From: Lama glama
Taxonomy: Eukaryota
Reading direction: 5' to 3'
DNA: 64,000 bases
Assembly (NCBI GenBank): GCA_028534125.1
Contig: CM052818.1
Location: 24,988,001-25,052,000, forward strand
The translations under genes and the position numbers were made by a program. Under the pieces are notes generated by a model that made no database searches, had not been told where the DNA came from, and worked only from the letters and a program-made list of their open reading frames with translations. Below are positions 12,332-24,042 of the stretch, one piece after another. The stretch's first letter is position 1. Every line of letters begins with the position of its first letter.

Positions 12332-14303
12332 CAGCAACAGACCCAGGTTTTGTGGGACCTAAAGCCTATATAATTTGGGGAGTGGAGGCCCTTTTTACTG
12401 AAAGAGAATATGAAATCACAAACAAAAACCGAGTATTAATTGAATATTTATTTACAGTGAAGCAAGAAATCATAATAAAATACTAATTCCTAAAAGTGGG
12501 AAAATTCCACGAACATCACAAAACTCAGGGAGGGAAAAAAGGCAAAACATGGTTCCTAGTGAGCTGCCTAAAATACATGCATAAAATTTTTCTACATTTT
12601 TAGTCATCTCTTTCTATGATAGATAATGTTCTATAATCTTTCTATAAGGAGATGAGAAAGATAATTCAGTCTACTATAAATTTGTTTTTTCACCACTGAT
12701 AATTTAGAAAAGTTTTTTTCCCCAACTTCCAACTCATTACAATGTCATGTAATATTTTTAGAGTTTTGTCAAATTTGGGCTAAGAGCTATGCAGCTTCCC
12801 TCACCCATGAACTGGAAGAGTCATGGCATTTCAGGCTTCTTATGCAGTGGCTAGTTTCAAATAGCCTTTGACCCACTGACACTCGTTCACTTTTCTTTGG
12901 TCCATGTCCTTGTGCGGACCATTGTATTCATCCTCCTTCTGCTCTTTTAAAAAGTTCCTTGTCCTGGGATGTCCCAAGTCAGATAAATTTCCTTTCTCTT
13001 CTGTTATTGTCTTATCTATATTTTCTTTGCTTGTCCAGATCCTGTTTCTTTATCTTTATGACTTTGATTATCAGAATTTTTAGCTTCTGCTGTAATGAAA
13101 GAGTGCTCAACATTTTGAAGTTGCTGCTAGCCTTTTCCTTTTAGTTTACATCATCAGTTTCTAGTAAGATACATCCTTCCCTTCCTCTTTGAGTTTCAGT
13201 GTATCAACCATTCCGAAAATAGATACAGAATTAATCTTGAAATGAAGGCATGCATAAGAACAAGTCAAATATGCTTCTAAATTGTATCTACAATATATTG
13301 AGCTACACAAGAGTATAATCAAATTACTCTTCTGCTACATCTATCGCCATACTGATGAGTATAGGAGTTCTGTCACAAGAACCCTTGTTTCTTCAGGATT
13401 TCTTAATGCACTGTGTCAATATAGCTTGTTGTTTCACCTGAAACCAGCAGAATTCATCTAGACAAGATGTGTCAGATATGCTAAGACTTATTTTGAGATG
13501 CATAAAACCTGCAAGATCACAGACTTACTGCTTAGAGTACTTCTTAAAGGTTTTTGCCCTACAAACAAAGGTATTCTGGAAAATTCTATGCTGAGCACAT
13601 AACACTTAAAAAAAGAGAGAGAAAATGGTGTGTTTATAATTGTATATGCTTCATTACTGAGCGTCTTCCTGATGGAAGAAGGTTTCCATTTTGTTTAGGC
13701 ATCATTGAGAACTGAATTCTCCATTTATAGCTTTACATGTCTGATGACTTGGAAGAATTTCCCACAGACTAGCTTCTGGCTCTGTACGTTTCCAATCCGG
13801 TCTCGCTCCCGAACCCCACAGGCTTCCAGTGCCAAGTCTGGTGGGATAGGTTCATTCCATGGCACCATATGTGGCCTTGCACCTTCATGCCACGGTGGTG
13901 AGTAAGCCAGTACAGCAGAAGATAGAAACAGAAGCCATACATATATTAGAATGTCTAGCAACAGTGTAACGAGACACAGAAGTAACTATAAACTACATAG
14001 AAATACATCATTAAACTCCATCAACATATCCTCAATTCAATTTCCCTTTATCCCCATCCGCAAAATGCCAGCCACTTCGAGGCTACCCCACAGCTGGGGG
14101 GATTGTAATGAAGGGAGAGGGGGACTGAAAAAGAGACAACCGTCTTCACTAATTTCAGTTCAAATATCTTACTTTTGAAACTTTACAAAACGGTTCAATC
14201 TTGAAGAAGATATCCATGGGGCCTCTCCTGGGGCTTCTGAAAAGAGCTGTGTCAGCAAAGATCCCTGAAGCTTGAATTTCATGAAGTTCACAATCTGTCC
14301 CTG
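12332..14303. mobile_element. hAT-Tip100 DNA transposon (Zaphod/MER115-like), internally deleted, both ends present
   Basis: Left end gacccaggttttgtgggacctaaagcctatataatttgggg...ggcccttttt; right end ccctgaagcttgaatttcatgaagttcacaatctgtccctg; AT-rich interior consistent with decayed transposase. No intact ORF. Confidence 0.7.
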
Positions 14304-14349
14304 AGGAGGAGCATGCAGGATCCGAATGATAAAGCAGAGAAATATCTTC

Positions 14350-14475
14350 AGTAGAACCCCCTTGACATCAAGATAGGGAAACTGAGGACCTTGGGGGTTG
14401 TGTGACATCACCCATTTGGTTAGTAACAGAGCTGGGACTAGAGTCTTGACTCCAAGTCCAGTGCCCTTTCTTTAG
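14350..14475 (-). mobile_element. MIR SINE
   Basis: agatagggaaactgagg...gttagtaacagagctgggactagag...tgactccaagtccagtgcccttt. Confidence 0.8.
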
Positions 14476-15082
14476 AGTGCTTCTAGCTTGGTGATTTTTC
14501 CCCTTAAGACCTTTAGACGTTGAGGGTAAATTTATGCCCAATTTGTATTGAAGGAAAGAAAGTATTAGAAGAGGTGCCACTCCAGATTTCATTTAGGAAA
14601 AGCACCAAAAACTACTCTTTCTCCCTGTGATTAGTCTCAGAGCCTCTCACAAAGTACTTGCCAACAGAAGTATCTTGCTGAACCACTGACTCTTACATGG
14701 CAAAGGAAAAAAAATTCCTTCCAAAAGTCATAAGTCACAACGCATATGTTGATCAGAGGTGGTTTGACACCAAAATAGGCATTCTCTACACCAAAGAAGG
14801 GAGAACTACGTAATACTGATACTAATGTTGATGTTAGCCTATTACAATGGTCTCATGCTGTGGCTCTGTTCTGATTTGTGCCTTGAGATAAAGATTTAAT
14901 ATCCCTCATTTAAATTACAGCATCTATTGGGTTTTTATGGGCTGCAGCATGTTCCTACACTAACATTTCAATACAATCATTTCCACCCTGAAGATTTATT
15001 TGGCCTGACAATTTAAACACACCACACAATTAACTTACATATCAGCTATCTGGGCCATATTCTCTTGTCCTGATGCATGCAA

Positions 15083-15720
15083 AAGTCATTTATTGAATGC
15101 CACTGCTGTGCCTGGCACTGTGAGAGGGGCAATAGGAGAGGCATGTGACATCGATGAGGGACTACAAAGATGAAAGACACAAGATGTTTGCCCTGGTGGA
15201 GCTCCTAGACAAGGGGGAGAAACAGATACCCCACCCAAATGTTGCAATGCAATATGGTGGAATCTGAGAGCACAGAGGAAGGGACCAGTCATTTAGCCAG
15301 AAAGATAGGAGTTCAGGAAGGCTTTGGAGAGATGACCCTTGAGTTAATTCTCAAAAGAAAGTGTTCGCCAGAGAGAGAAGAGGAAGGGCATTAGAAGCAG
15401 AAGGACTAGCCTGTGCAAAAGTTTGGAGATGTGAAGGTGAATGTTTAGGAGACAACTATAAGTTTATTTGGGCTACAACCTAGAAGCCTGGGGGTAGGGA
15501 GGGTGGGAGCAAGAGAAAAGCTGAAATGCAAAGAGTATCATATCCACTTGGTAAGTCTTTGCTAAGGAGTTTGGGCTTGGTGCTGCAGGAAAGGGTAAGC
15601 TTTTAGGCACTGTGGTGACATAATCAGATCTGTGTTTAGGAAAGCCAAGTACAGGAGGCATGGAGTTACAATGCTGTGCAAAGATCCAGGCAAGAACTAA
15701 GAGCCTGAGCAAGGAAAATC
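15083..15720 (-). mobile_element. LINE L2 3' portion
   Basis: catttattgaatgccactgctgtgcctggcactgtg...tgccctggtggagctc...caggaaggctttggagagatgacccttgag...ctagcctgtgcaaaag...gctaaggagtttggg. Confidence 0.85.
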
Positions 15721-16454
15721 CCAAAGACTAGGACCACAACATCCTTCGGCAAAGGATCTCAGGAGGGATCATCTTATAACCATCTCATAGTAAACACCTG
15801 TAACTAGCAATGTCAGGGCTGGATAACTGGACTAGAGCCCTCCCCATCTTCTTTCATACAACAAATAGTTGCTTACAACATAAAGTTCCCAAATCATTTC
15901 TATACGTAAGTAAGAAGTGTCCCAGGATGACCTGTATCTGACCATTCTCCCCTGCTCTAGCCTGATGATGTCACATGCTGTTCAAGTTTTTCCTTTTTTT
16001 ACAGTCATTGAGACTGGATCCAGATGGTCCAATAAGACTGATTCGTAGAGACAACAATCATGTAAGAGGTTTGGGACCTGAGTCTCAAAGCTCCTCCCTT
16101 CTAGGTCACACAGGAAAGCACAGACATGTCCTAGCTGTGGGAATGAAAGCAGCGATGTATGACTAGGCCAGCAAGCACACAATGGTCCCCAAAAGGCAGA
16201 ATTCACTGGTAAAAGCTAAATTGGGAAAAAAAAAAAAAGATTAAACTTTAAGACAAATCCCATCCCAACTCTGTACCTTGGAGCCAGAACACTTGGGCAT
16301 GTCTATGATAAATGGGCCCTCAGAACTGACTGCAAGTCACTCAGTTATTGGGATGGATGAGGTCTGCAGTGAGCAGCAGGGCAAAGGGAGAGTTACCTGC
16401 CTCTTCCCCACGAGCAGCTCTGCTCAGGGGACTCTTTCAAGAGAAAAAGAGACG

Positions 16455-17164
16455 TGCAGTCATTATGGAAAACAGTATGGAGATTCCTTAAAAAACTGAA
16501 AGTAGAGTTACCATATGATCCAGCAATCCCACTCCTGGGCATATATCCAGAGGAAACTCTTTATTCAAAAAGATACATGCACCCCAATGTTCATAGCAGC
16601 ACTATTTACAATAACCAAGGCATGGAAACAACCTAAATGTCCACTGACAGATGAATGAATAAAGAAGCTGTGGTATATTTATATGATGGAATACTACTCA
16701 GCTATAAAAAAGAATGAAATCATGCCATCTGCAGCAACATGGATGAAACTGGAGATCATCATACTAAGTGAAGTAAGCCAGAAAGAGAAAGAAAAATACC
16801 ATATGATATCACTTATATGTGGAATCTTAAAAAATGACACAAATGAACTTAATTACAAAACAGAAACAGACTCACAGACATAGAAAACAAACTTATGGTT
16901 GCCAGGGGGAAGGAGAGATGGAGGGATAAATTGGGGGTTTGGGATTTGTAGATACTAACTACTACATATAAAACAGATAACAAGGTCCTACTCTATAGCA
17001 CAAGGAACTATATTCAATATCTTCTAATAATCTATAATAAAAATATGAGAAGGAATATACATATTATAACTTAATCATTATGCTGTACACAAGAAATTAA
17101 TACAACATTGTAAACTGACTACACTTCAATAAATAAATAAATAAAATTTAAAAACAGAGAGAGG
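16455..17164 (+). mobile_element. 5'-truncated young L1 (ORF2 C-terminus + 3' UTR + A-rich tail)
   Basis: Translates to [29 protein letters not shown]...MEYYSAIKKNEIMPSAATWMKLEIIILSEVSQKEKEKYHMISLICGI with frameshift/stop; tail aataaataaataaataaa; imperfect TSD gagaaaaagagacg (16441-16454) / gagaggaagagacg (17165-17178). Confidence 0.97.
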
Positions 17165-17377
17165 GAGAGGAAGAGACGCCTTAGCTCTTGTGTCCAGGCA
17201 GTGGAAACCAAAGGAAGTCAAAGATCTTGCTTTAGACAGTCATCCTTGTCAGTCAAACGTAGCCAAGAAAATTTGCAGATTCTGACCAGATTAATTAGGA
17301 GGTCCCGATAAGAGGATGGAGAGAGGCAGAAACACCCTCTCCACATGGTGAGGGGGCAGACATGTTTGTTGGAAGGC

Positions 17378-17572
17378 AGAAGTCACCAAATAGAAGCCAG
17401 AATGCCCAGTTAAATTTGGATTTCAGATAAATAACAAATAATCTCATAGCATAAGTATGTCCCAAATATTGCATGGGACATGCACTAAAAAAAAAAATGT
17501 ATTCATTGTTTATCTGAAACCCAAGTGAAACTGGGTAGCCCATCCTTTTATTTGATAAATCTGACCGCCCTA
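17378..17572. mobile_element. MER53 palindromic hAT MITE
   Basis: gcccagttaaatttggatttcagataaataac...agcataagtatgtcccaaatattgcatgggacat...ttgtttatctgaaacccaagtgaaactggg; long imperfect inverted repeat. Confidence 0.9.
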
Positions 17573-18699
17573 GCGAAAGAATCTTCCTCCTTCCTCCTCC
17601 TTCCTCCTTCCTTCCTTCACATCCCCCCAACTGAATTAGAATCTCAGGGTTCTGGAAATGTCTGGAAATGGAGAACTTTAAAATCACCCAGGCCATCAGC
17701 TTAAATGTATTCACAATGAGGGTGAGAGGATAGCTTGGCCCAAAGTCACGCTGCTAATTAACGGCAGACCAGGGCATCAAATCCATCTGCAGACCCTATT
17801 GCAGTGTTCCTTCCCCTCTGCCACCCTACGCCCCTTTGTCCCTTGGCTCACTAGCTTCTGAATTACATGAAAATTCCCTAAGGGCAAAGAGAATTGTTTT
17901 TTAATACCCTCTCCCAGTGTCTAACACAATGCTTTATGAGCCCTGGCAGCGCAATCGATATTGCGGAGTGACAGCCCATGCGGCTAGATTACCTGGATGC
18001 CTGCCACCTCTCTCCACTTCACTCACCCCTTCTGTGTCCCGGGCGTGTGGGAGGTTGGCACAGCCAGGTATGAACACTGTCCCAGCCCTCCTGAGAGGCC
18101 GCGAAGTAGGACTTGCTGAATAACATACAGCCTTTGGGAAGGATCCTCTCTACTGAGGTAATGGGTTCAAGGGAAACACAGCTGCGACCTGCGCTTCTGT
18201 GAAAGGCGGTCTTACCGTAATCAGAAATTGCAGCTTCCTCCACAGCAAACCTTTGAGCAGAGCTGCCAGCAAAGAGCCAGCTGGACTTGTCGGATTTCTT
18301 TGTCTCCTTTCCCTTGCCTCCCTCTTGTGGACAAGCAGGCGAGCAGTTAGCACAATGGATGTGAGGAGGTGGGGATTCTCTAAACAGATGCACAGCCTGA
18401 CAGAGCCACATCTACACCGGCTACGGCGCTTGTCCGCCAGCCCATGACAAATTTGTGATGTGCCCCTGTCACTCCTCACATCACTGCGTCCTCTTCTTGT
18501 TCCCAGGACCCCGAGCATCTTCCCTCTGCCCCAGCCTCTCCTAATCTCCCTCCCCCTGTTCCTGACCTCCTTCCACTATCACCCAACCAAGGCTTAGGCT
18601 TCTTGAGCAAGCAATTCTTTCCTCCTCCAGGGAAAAACTGAATCGTTTCAATTAGAAGAAGCCTCATGGTCTGAAGCAGGATGCTGAGATGCTTAATGA

Positions 18700-18930
18700 T
18701 GATGATCATAACATTTATTTAATGCTTATTAAGTGTAAGATCCTTTTGGACAGACGCCCTTGACACACATTATCTCATTTACATTCATAATCTTCACAGC
18801 AAACCGATGAGGTGGATACGTGCTTATGTCCGTTTTACAGATGAGGAAACCGCGGTTTGGAAATATTAAATAATACATGCAAGCTTTTACTCTAAGTGGC
18901 AGAATTGGGATCCAGACTCAGAAAGACTCG
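18700..18930 (-). mobile_element. MIR SINE
   Basis: aacatttatttaatgcttatt...attatctcattta...atcttcacagcaaaccgatgaggt...ccgttttacagatgaggaaaccgcgg. Confidence 0.88.
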
Positions 18931-18937
18931 CTTTAAA

Positions 18938-19123
18938 AAGCCCTGTCCAATAGGACTTTCTGTAGTAATAGAAATGTTCTTCATTGTCCAATATGGTAGC
19001 CACTAGCCACAAGGAGCTGTTGGGATTTTGAAATGAGACTGCTGCAACTAAATTTTTACTTTCATTTCATTTTAATTTAAACAGCCATAGATGACTGGTA
19101 GCTCCTCTACTGGCTTGCACAGC
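18938..19123. mobile_element. MER3 (hAT-Charlie)
   Basis: ctgtccaataggactttctgtagtaatagaaatgttc...tgtccaatatggtagccactagccac. Confidence 0.88.
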
Positions 19124-19942
19124 TCAGAATATAACCCTTGTGTTTGTTATTCCAGTTATTTGCTTTCCCTTCCCCCGACACAGACTCACACGTACACCCT
19201 GAGTGGGTCAGGGAGTTACTTTGTTTATATCATTCCCCTGGCCTTCACTCCAGGTAGATTTAAAGTAGACCCTAGCTCGAAAATTGATCGTTGATTTATG
19301 TCCCCTTTGATGGAATAAGGCAAGGGAAAGTGAATCCGTGATAGGAAAGATACGAGCTCTCATCCTCACTCTGCTGGTGATAAGTCACATCAGTTCTCTG
19401 GGCCACAGTTTCTGCCTGTGTACAAGGACAGACTGTACTCCCTGATCTCAAAGTTGCTCCCCGCTTTAGTGTTCTGTGGTTGGAAGCGCCCCGCAGCAGC
19501 TCTCTCTGGCTCTCAAGGTGGCACGTTGAAAACAAGGACCCCAGGTGAGGAGTCTGGCACCAACAGTGATTATTACCTGGAGGCGCAGTCAGCAAGCATG
19601 CTTGATTGTGCACATCCAACACCCCGTAATGTATGGGGTTCTTTTTTTAGAACCCTATCAGAGATCCCATTTGCATAATTAACATCTTTAGGAATAATTG
19701 CAAATGACACATCTGTCCTCCATCGCCCCCTCCTTGGCAAACTCTGTGTTATAAACACAGCTTCTTCAGCTCTGTAAACACTTGGTGTCTGGGCTGTGCT
19801 TTTTGCTTTAGACACATTCTACCTTGGGGCAGCAATAACCCTGTGTGACCTATCCCTGCGTGGTTCCGTTCTTTCTGCCAGTGGTGCTCAAACCAGATTA
19901 GGACCTGCTTGCCACAATGACTCACTGTGACTAGCCACAGAG

Positions 19943-20110
19943 CAGGAGTTCTTAATCCTGGCTCCCTAAACTGAGGCGTCAAAAGATTCATGAAATTTTC
20001 TGAAGTTCTGAGTGAGTAGACTTGTATATGTATGTTGTGGGGAGAGGGGTCACAGCTTCCATTAGAGTTTCAATGGGTCTCCATGATCCAAAAACTTGTT
20101 AAGAACCACA
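19943..20110 (+). mobile_element. MER103C-like hAT-Charlie
   Basis: gttcttaatcctgg...tggggagaggggtcacagcttccattagagttttcaatggg...catgatccaaaaa...gttaagaaccac. Confidence 0.75.
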
Positions 20111-20111
20111 T

Positions 20112-20400
20112 GCTCCATGATTTCATTCATCTGAAAGTCCAGAATGGGTAAATCTATAGAGACAGAAAGTAAATTAGTGTTTCCTTAAAACAGGGATGGA
20201 ATGGGGGAGTATGGATAGAAGGATGAGGTGGGTGATAGCTAAAGGATACAAAATTTCTTCTTGAGATGATGAAAATGTTCTTAAATCGACTGTGGTGGTT
20301 GTACATATTATAAATATTCTAGAAACCACTGAATTGTACACTTTAAATGGATGAATTGTATAGTAGGTGAAACTCAAAAAACAAAAGCAAAAGCAAAAAC
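20112..20400 (+). mobile_element. L1MB-type 3' end
   Basis: aagtccagaatgggtaaatctatagagacagaaagtaaattagtg...gatgatgaaaatgttc...accactgaattgtacactttaaatggatgaattgta. Confidence 0.9.
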
Positions 20401-20602
20401 CGTTTTTAAAACTGGCTAAGAACCCCTGCTTAGAGAAAAGGGCTATAGACTGTGGGCCCCCACAGACAGTGAGGCTGAGCCCTCTCTGTTCCCAGAAAGC
20501 CTTGGGCGGTACCAAGTGTAGCTCTTTACTGGAAGTAAGGCTAGCTTTATGCGAGGCCTCTCGTGGGGTCTGAATTAATGGTAACGGGAAGGCTTTCTAG
20601 GC

Positions 20603-20740
20603 CAGTGCTTCTCAAACTTTAGCAAGCATATGAGGTACTTGATAATTTCGTTAAAATGCAGATTCTGATTCAGTGGTTCTGGGGTGGGCCTAAGATGCTC
20701 CCAGTGGTCCAATGACTAGACTAGGAATAGCAAGGCACTA
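20603..20740. mobile_element. MER5A-like fragment
   Basis: cagtgcttctcaaactttagc...gttaaaatgcagattctgattcagtggttctggggtgggcc. Confidence 0.8.
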
Positions 20741-21343
20741 GACCAGAGCTCTCTTAGCATCCTCTCCCTTCCCCTGAATCTGCATGCCATCCAGCTGCTT
20801 TTGACAACACTTCATTTCCTGGGATATATAGCCCTGGGTGCACTTCCTTCCTGACTACGGCTTTCTCCCCAGCTAACTTCTCTGCTCTCTTGCTCTAGTG
20901 AACTGAGCTGAACAGCTTGGAAACCTCAAGGGCCCCCTTTATCCTTCTCCCTTTAAGTCTAAGCCAGGTACAGACCCACTCAGCTCATTAGTTTTATTTC
21001 CCCTCAGCCCCACACAGGCCCAATTTGGCTCTTCAGAATAAGGCTGCTTCCTGAAAAAGGCACACATAGCTCAGATAGAACTTAGACAAAAGAAGTTAGT
21101 ACTTCTGTGTGTCATAAATGCAAATTTTCTTCTGTTCATCCCACTGAAGACTTCACTTCCTCAGTACTGAATAAGGAAGCGTGGGACCCTGATGAGATTT
21201 TTGAACCAAGGGGGTGTTCATCTAACGGGAGAAGGCTGTGGGTGGTCGACATGAAGTGGGTTGCCTCAGAAAAGAATCGGGACCCCTTCCTTAGCCTTAC
21301 TCAGCTAGAACAACATCACAGAAGCTATTCAGGGATTGAGTGA

Positions 21344-21835
21344 TGTGGTGGAGTAGGCCGAAAAATATGATCACAATATTTTGCAACAACTTCCATCGAG
21401 AGGTGGAGTCAGTTTCTCTGCCTTGAATCTGGGCTGGCCCTATAACTCGTTTTCACCAATCAAATGCGGCAGAAGGGCCACTATATGAGTTTCAGAGCCC
21501 CCAAGAGCCCTTGCAGCCAGCTTCCCCCAACCTGAAACACTGCCCTGAGACTGCCAAAGAAAGAGCCCAGCGTAGCCACCCAGGATGAGAGGCTGATGGA
21601 AGAGAACGAGGCACCCCAGCCAACAGCCAGCACCATTTGAATGGGAGGCCAGTGGATGAGGCCATCTTGGACAACCCCGCCACCTCCAGTTTAATACAGC
21701 TGCTTAAGAAGTCCAGGTGAAAACAGCAGAGGAACCAGCCAACCAGCCCACAGAACTGTGAGAAATAATAAATCACTGCTGTTTTAAGTCACTACGTTTT
21801 GAGGTGGTTTGTTATACGACAGTTGATAAGTGAAA
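21344..21835 (+). mobile_element. MaLR solo LTR (MLT1G/H-like)
   Basis: tgtggtgga...ccatcgagaggtggagtc...ccttgaatctgggctggcc...cccacagaactgtgagaaataataaat...tgttttaagtcactacgttttgaggtggtttgttat. Confidence 0.9.
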
Positions 21836-23340
21836 TCGATGGGAGGATGAACTAGATAACATCGAAAGACTTTTCAAACATGATTCTGGGTTTTAAGAAA
21901 TGTTGGGGGGGGGGTTGACTAAGTCCCAATCAAGCTTTTTCTTTTACCTACAGCAATCTTCTCTCTTCACAGCAAGGTTGGTTCCCACATGTGCTTGGCA
22001 CTGACCGGCCACATGAGGAAAACAATGAGTGCCCCCAAAGGGCCTCTTCACATCTTCAGCGATGCTATTGTAACAGGGTGTCTTGCTTGAAGCACAGCAG
22101 GAATTACGTATGTTCTAAGGGACTAGAGTTAGGTCACATTGTTCCCCTGCAGGGAAACACAATGCCTGGGGGCTCTGGGATTTAGACTGAACCACTTGGG
22201 AGAGGGCTGATGTGGAGGGCCCAGGAAGAGAGAAGGGACAACAGGATAACAACGCAAGGGTGAACTAGTACCCCCCCTCCCCCTGACTTCAAGTTAATTG
22301 CCCAGGACTCATTTTGAATCTCTAAGAAAAGAGGAATTCTGCCAGAAGTTGAAGGAAGACCTTCGGAAAATCTAGGCATACACGCTGCCTTAGAGCCCAC
22401 ACGGGTTCTCTTCCTTTCCACACCTGCCCCAACTCTGCCACGCATACAAGGCAGCTTGGGGATCGTAAGAAGGGAAGACTAAGGATGTGGTTAGCTGGCT
22501 CCCATTTTCTGTACGGGCTCAGTCATCCCACCCAGGCTAAGAGCCCCTGACAAAGGAGCCAGAGCACAAGAGCAAACTCGTTTCTGAGCCATGTGATATA
22601 CCAACACCTTGGGGACCCCCTTGAAATGACTAGAGGAGCCTCTGGGGGAAGGTGGTGGAGGTCCAGTGCGGGCAGATGGAGAGTTATCTGGAGCACCGTG
22701 TGAATGTGTCCAAACATATACTCACAGGCTGGTTATGCAATGAAATAAAGACCTTTTTCCATGTCTATCCTGATGGTGAGAGGTCTCCATGACCCTGGAT
22801 CAGATATTCTGTTACCATCCAGGTGCTGTGTACATTCTTCCTTATTCAAGAGCTGTTTTTCTACAGGTGTTTTAGGTTATGTGAAAAAATGAAGCTAATT
22901 TCCCAGCCTGGGTATATATTTCAACTAAGTTGGAAGATAAAGCTGTGGAATGACAGTTTGGAGCTCAGAGGGATGACTTAGCTCCTCTCCCCACTATTCG
23001 CCTTTTGTCTATTTACGGAAGACCAATAATACAGAGATGCTAATCCAGGCACTATTTTACCTCAAGGAGGATACAGATTGCATTCTACTCTCATTTCAAG
23101 AAGGGAAATACAACCATAAATATCATGGAACAGTTTATAGGAAATAAACACAATTTGCCTGATTCACCTGTTTTTTTGTTATGTCTTACTGCTATTAGCC
23201 TGTTGGTTTCCTTATTCCTTTATTAGTCTAACCATTAGGAGAATGCTATATGAACTATGAACTATTTTGAAGTCTACAGTTAAACAATTTGGTAATAGCT
23301 AGTAAAATGGAAGAAAACTTGTAACCCAGCAATTCCATTC

Positions 23341-23479
23341 TTTTTTTGTTTTGGGGGGTGGGAGGGAGGTAACTAGGTTTGTTTGTTTGTTTGTTTATTG
23401 TTTAACAGAGGTACTGGGAATCGAACCCAGGACCTCATGCATGCTAAGCATGCACTCTACCACTGAGCTATACCCTCCC
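23341..23479 (-). mobile_element. Camelid tRNA-Ala-derived SINE (vic-1-like)
   Basis: Reverse complement gggagggtatagctcagtggtagagtgcatgcttagcatgcatgaggtcctgggttcgattcccagtacctct + (aaac)n + acctagttacctccc + A tail; intact A and B boxes; imperfect TSD cccagcaattcca / ccccgtaattcca. Confidence 0.93.
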
Positions 23480-23950
23480 GCCCCGTAATTCCAAAGTATA
23501 GATCATGAAGAGAAAATTTCATCCATGGCTCTGAGGAGACTTGAACAAGAAGGTGTATTGCAGCATTGTTTGTAGTAGGAAAAACATGTTTATCAATAGA
23601 ATAGAGGGAAATAAATTTGAAGTTCTTCATACAAAGCAATACAATGCAGCAGTTAAAATCACTGAACTAGATCAACTGGTGTGAACATGGGTAAACTGCA
23701 ATATAATGTCATACAAAAAAAGTTTTCAAAGGATTCATACAGAATATATCCCAAGGGTTAATATTAGAAGTCCAGCTTCAGAGAGGACTACATATTCCTT
23801 CTGCATGTATCTCTATATAGTAAAAGTAATTTTGATTAACAAGAAATCTAATGCTGCAATAGCACTTCTCTCTGGAAAAAAAAAGACAAAGGAATAAAAC
23901 AGTGGGGTGGCAGTATGGAGATGTAGCTCTACTGTAACATTTTGTTTCTG

Positions 23951-24042
23951 AAGAAGGAAAGAAGGAAGGAAGGAAGGAAGGAAGAAGGAAGGAAGGAAGG
24001 AAGGAAGGAAGGAAGGAAGGAAGGAAGGAAGGAAGGAAGGAA
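23951..24042. repeat. (GAAG)n microsatellite
   Basis: ~90 bp of pure purine gaag units with minor interruptions. Confidence 0.98.

Noticed and set aside
16454..16883. ORFs with real protein similarity (also 61823-62017)
   Set aside because: L1 ORF2 C-terminal fragments in 5'-truncated copies with frameshifts or stops; not genes.
19505..19525. CTCF-like motif ctctcaaggtggcac (and ggttgagggcgcc on the minus strand near 6565)
   Set aside because: Only the 3' half of the core matches; expected by chance in 64 kb.
23407..23477. Genuine tRNA-Ala genes (also 58497-58568 and 58675-58770)
   Set aside because: Each is followed by the SINE body (aaaccta.ttacctccc), an A-rich tail and a TSD, and has acceptor-stem mismatches; these are SINEs.
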